Source: Azolla caroliniana
Lineage: Eukaryota > Plantae > Polypodiophyta
Assembly (NCBI GenBank): GCA_043228905.1
Contig: JBHGNT010000003.1
Location: 12,338,001 to 12,402,000 of the forward strand
Direction of reading: 5' to 3'
Length of the DNA: 64,000 nt
Positions 59,771 through 64,000 of this stretch are shown piece after piece. A program made the translations under genes and the position numbers. Position 1 is the stretch's first letter. Every line of letters starts with the position of its first letter. The notes under the pieces were generated by a model, which was given only the letters and a program-made list of their open reading frames with translations, was not told where the DNA came from and made no database searches.

Positions 59771-62496
59771 AATTTCAGCCATTGGAATTGGTGCACACGA
59801 ACTTGTGCTATATGAAAGATAGAACTCTCGGGGGAGCATTGTACTTTGCCACGTTTATCGATGACTTCTCGAGGAAGTTGTGGTGTTTTGCATTAAAGAC
59901 AAAAGATCAAGTGTTTGAAATCTTTAGGAACTTCCATGTAAGTGTGGAAAGAGAAACAAGAAGAAAGCTTAAATGTATCTGTTCCGATAACAATAGTGAA
60001 TATCAGGGATGATTTGAGGAATGTTGTGGTGAGCATGGTATTAGACTAGAGAGAAGTGTCCCGAAAACACCTCAGCACAATGGCGTGGCTGAGAGGATGA
60101 ATAGGAAAATTTGTGAGCGGATAAGGTGCATGCTATCCCACTCAAAATTACCGAAATCTTTTTGGGGTGAAGCCATGAGGACTGTCGTTGACCTCATAAA
60201 CTTGTCCCCATCAATCCCTTTGGATGGTGATGTACCCAAGAGGGTATGGACAGGTAAGGAGGTGTCATACAAACACTTAAGTGTATTTGGTTGCAAGGCT
60301 TATGTCCACATCCCAAAAGATGAAAGATCCAAGCTTGATGACAAATGCAAACCATGCATATTTTTGGGATACGGCCATGAGGAATTTGACTATAGACTTT
60401 ATGACCCAATAGAGAAGAAGGTCATTAGAAGCAGGGATGTGGTATTCCTTGAGGATCAGACCTTACAAGAGCCGGAGCCGAATGAAATGTCTGATCTCAC
60501 CCCTGATTTTTCAGTCACCGAACACCCAATGCCTGCCCCAGACACACAAGGTCATGGGGGAGATACCGAGGAGTATGATGATACGGTTGATGATGCAGCG
60601 GACAATGATGATGGGCAGAATCATTACCATCATACTCTAGGCAACATTTCAGTAGCTCCTCCGGAAGAGGAAGAGGTTAGAAGGTCTATGAGACAAAGAA
60701 GACCTTCTACTAGATACAACCCACATGAATATGTGATGCTTTCAGATGGAGGAGAGACAGAAATCTTTAGAGAAGCTATGACAAATGATCATAAGGAGGA
60801 ATGGCTTGACGCCTTGAATGATGAGATGAAGTCTTTGCAAGATAATCACACTTATGATCTTGTAAAGTTGCCTAAGGGAAAAAGAGCGCCGAAAAACAAA
60901 TGGGTTTACAGGCTCAAAACTGAGGAACATTGCTCACAGCCAAGATACAAGGCAAGATTGGTTTTGAAGGGGTTCAACCAGAAAAAGGGAATTGATTTTG
61001 AGGAGATTTTCTCACCAGTGGTGAAGATGTCCACAATCAGAGTTGTACTTGGGATCGCAGCCAGTCTCAATCTAGAAATCGAGCAACACGATGTAAAAAC
61101 TGCCTTCCTCCATGGCGATTTGGAAGAAGAGATTTACATGGATCAACCCAAAGGGTTTGGAGTCAAAGGTAAGGAAAACCTGGTATGCAAGTTAAAGAAG
61201 AGCTTGTACGGCCTAAAACAAGATCCTAGACTTTGGTACAGAACATTTAACTCATTTATGTTGAACCACGGGTATAATAGAACAAACACAGACCATTGTG
61301 TGTTTGTTAAGAAATTCCCAAATGGGGATTTTTTCATTTTGCTCTTGTATGTTGATGATATGTTGATCGTTGGTCAAGACACCAACAAGATTGAGAAGCT
61401 GAAAAAGGAACTCAGCAAATCTTTTGCCATGAAAGACTTGGGACCAGCCAAGCAAATCCTTGGGATGAAGATAACCAGGGACAGGGCAAGCAAAAGACTT
61501 TGGTTGTCTCAAGAAAAGTACATTGAGAAGGTACTTGAGAGATTCAACATGGCTAAGAGTAAGCCGGTCAATACTCCACTCGTGGGCCACTTTAAACTTA
61601 GCTAAGCTCAATGCCCTACGAGTGATGAAGAGCAAGAAGAAATGAAACAAATATCATATGCCTCTGCAGTTGGTAGTTTAATGTATGTTATGGTATGCAC
61701 GAGGCCGGTCATTTCTCACGTAGTCGGTGTAGTGAGCCGTTTTCTCTCGAACCCTGGAAAAGATCATTGGGAAGCAGTGTAATGGATCATGCGATATCTG
61801 AGGGGTACCTCAAGAGTCGGTCTAAAATTTGGAGAGAACCAAACTATATTAGATGGATATATAGATGTCAATATGGCTGGGGATGTTCACTCCAAAATGT
61901 CTACATCTGGTTACCTAATGATCTTTGCAGGGGGAGCGGTCTCTTGGCAATCGAGATTGCAAAAATGTGTGGTATTATCCACAACGGAGGCCGACTATAT
62001 TGCTGCCACAGAAGCCAATAAGGAATTGCTATGGCTAAAGAAATTCCTACAAGAGTTGGGGCTGATTCAAGAAAGATACATTCTATATTGTGACAGCCAA
62101 AGTGCTATACATTTAAGTAACAATTCTTCCTTTCATTCTAAGTCAAAACACATAGATGTTGGATGCCATTGGATTAGAGATGTGCTTGAAGAAAAACAAA
62201 TGCAAATTGAAAAGATTCACAGAAATGAGAATGGCTTCGACATGATGACAAAATGTTTGTCAAGGGAGAAGCTTGAAGTTTGCAAACAAAAGGCAAACCT
62301 AGTTGTGCCCCCCACTTGAGATGGAGGGGGAGAATTGTTGGGTCTATCCACTCAAGTGGAGCCCATGACATGGAGTTGGCTGAGAGCTAGCTACCAACTC
62401 TATGTTGAATCAGCTGGGTGTCGATTCAGGCTTAGCGTTGATTCGGCTGGACGCCAAATCGACTTAGAGCTAAAGAAAGGAAAAGTTATATGTTTA

Positions 62497-62499
<3 letters not shown>

Positions 62500-62544
<45 letters not shown>
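62500..62544. repeat. (TA)n microsatellite inside the LTR
   Basis: About 22 TA units. Confidence 0.95.
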
Positions 62545-62545
<1 letters not shown>

Positions 62546-63273
62546 GTTTTTATGTGTCCTTTTTTCTTCTTGTGTGTGTGTATGTTTTTTGGAATGTCTA
62601 TGTGTGAATGCAGATACGAAAAGAACAGACGTTACTCCAAAAAGGCTGATAAAAAGAAGGCATAGACAGAAAAACGAATAGAATGAACAACTAAGAGAAA
62701 GACAGAGAAAACAAAGCGCGTTACAGAGAAAAAACTACATATGATTGAATAGAACTAAGGCTGGAAAAACAGAGATTCGAGAAGAAGAGGTGTGTGAGAA
62801 AAACACAACAAAGCTTCTGCAAGAAAATAGAAACAAGTGTGAGAGCTCGAGAGCGAGAACTTGTTGCAAGTGTAAAGATGGAGATCTAGCGAGGTATTGT
62901 CTGGACTACCCAAAAGAGTCACAACAACTCTTCTGTCCACTTGTAACAGGTTTATTTGTTCTGTGTTTTTGGTTTTTTTTCTATTGTTTATCCTATCTGG
63001 TAGGGTTAATATTGTATCCAAGGCGGTAGCCTTGAAATATATGTGCATATCTCTAGAGTAAGCTCTAAAGGCTATCAACACCTTTGTATAATCAGAAAAT
63101 AGTAAATTTGTTTCGGAACCTAAGGTTCTCGTGGTTTTTCCCAATTTTGGGTTTTCCACGTTAAATCTTAGTGTACTCTCTCATTTTCGTCTTGTGGTTT
63201 CATCTATTTGTTTATCAAGTGTTAATTGTGTTTGAAATTTTAATCATCCCGATTCCACTCCATATTCCCAACA

Positions 63274-64000
63274 GTATTTTCTTCATCTCAACCTTTCCTT
63301 TCTCCCCTCCCAGGGATTTCTTTGCATTTAACTTGCAGTTAGCTGGTAACACACAGCCGACCGGCTTTGTCTCTAACATGTTGAATCTTTCTAGGATCTT
63401 AGTCTCGTATTTCTCTTGTGACAACCACAACACTTTCTTAGTTCTATCTCAAACTATGTGCACCCCTAAGATCTGTTCACATCAAACGATTTTCCTAGGC
63501 TTCCTTCAAGCTCCCAATCTTCCTTGTATCTTGACTGACTATCAACATGTCATCTACATATAACAAGAGAATCAAGAAATCACCTTCATTTTACCTTTTG
63601 ACGAACACACAACGATCATTCTATCTTTTCTAGAACCTATGTTCCACCATGAAAGACTCGAACTTCTTGTACCATTGGCGTGGAGCTTGTTTCAACCCAT
63701 ACAAGCTTTTCTTTAGTCGACACAGTAGGTTCTCTTTCTCTTTCTTCTCAAAGCCTTTGGGTTGCTGCATGTAAATCTCTTCATCCAGCTCCCCGTGCAA
63801 GAATGTTGTCTTGACATCCAACTTTTTGATCTCTAGACCCATACTGGCAGCTATGCTCAGAACAATTGTAATGGATGTCATCTTCACGACTAGAGCGAAT
63901 ATTTGGTCGAAGTGGACACCCTTTTTCTGTTGGAAACCCTTCACTACAATGCGTGCATTATACCTAGGCGCACTGTTGACTTCTCTAATCTTCACCTTAT
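63274..64000 (-). pseudogene. Tnt1/Tork-like copia RT fragment
   Basis: ARIVVKGFQQKKG..LDVKTTFLHGELDEEIYM..LKKSLYGLKQAPRQWY; LWLSQEKY. Confidence 0.9.

Larger units (their letters stand above)
58828..63273 (+). mobile_element. 5'-truncated Tnt1/Tork-like Ty1/copia with 3' LTR 62336-63273
   Basis: WIIDSRASYH, LWHKRLGHMS, LELVHTNLC, ORF 60085-61605 (INT C-terminus and RT, LLYVDDML), RNase H 61789-62319, PPT GATGGAGGGGGAGAA. Confidence 0.92.

Overview
Gene-free, nested transposon array from a eukaryotic plant genome. The element repertoire (Tcn1-like chromovirus, Phygy/Athila-like non-chromoviruses, a possible Sola-type DNA transposon) suggests a moss or other non-seed plant, but that is inference. 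No host genes, true RNA genes or CRISPR arrays were found. The backbone of 13706-58001 is one large (about 14 kb reconstructed, 3'-truncated) minus-strand Ty3/gypsy element. It is split into five pieces by four nested LTR elements, each bounded by a 5-bp target-site duplication (TSD): an intact Ty1/copia (14592-20101), a gypsy with an extra ORF (20394-30903, itself holding a solo LTR), a decayed copia (34412-40056) and a chromovirus (41515-47095, followed by a 2881-bp tandem duplication). Removing the inserts at their TSDs restores two accessory ORFs downstream of pol. One encodes a second, stand-alone aspartic protease with 96-aa repeats. The other is a decayed multi-domain protein of about 1300 aa preceded by an array of five palindromic hairpins. 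The chromovirus LTR carries a tRNA-like A/B-box module, and its PBS looks self-priming. The flanks hold decayed copia and gypsy fragments and a 2.66-kb fold-back DNA transposon with a 4-bp TSD. All coordinates and identities were read by eye.
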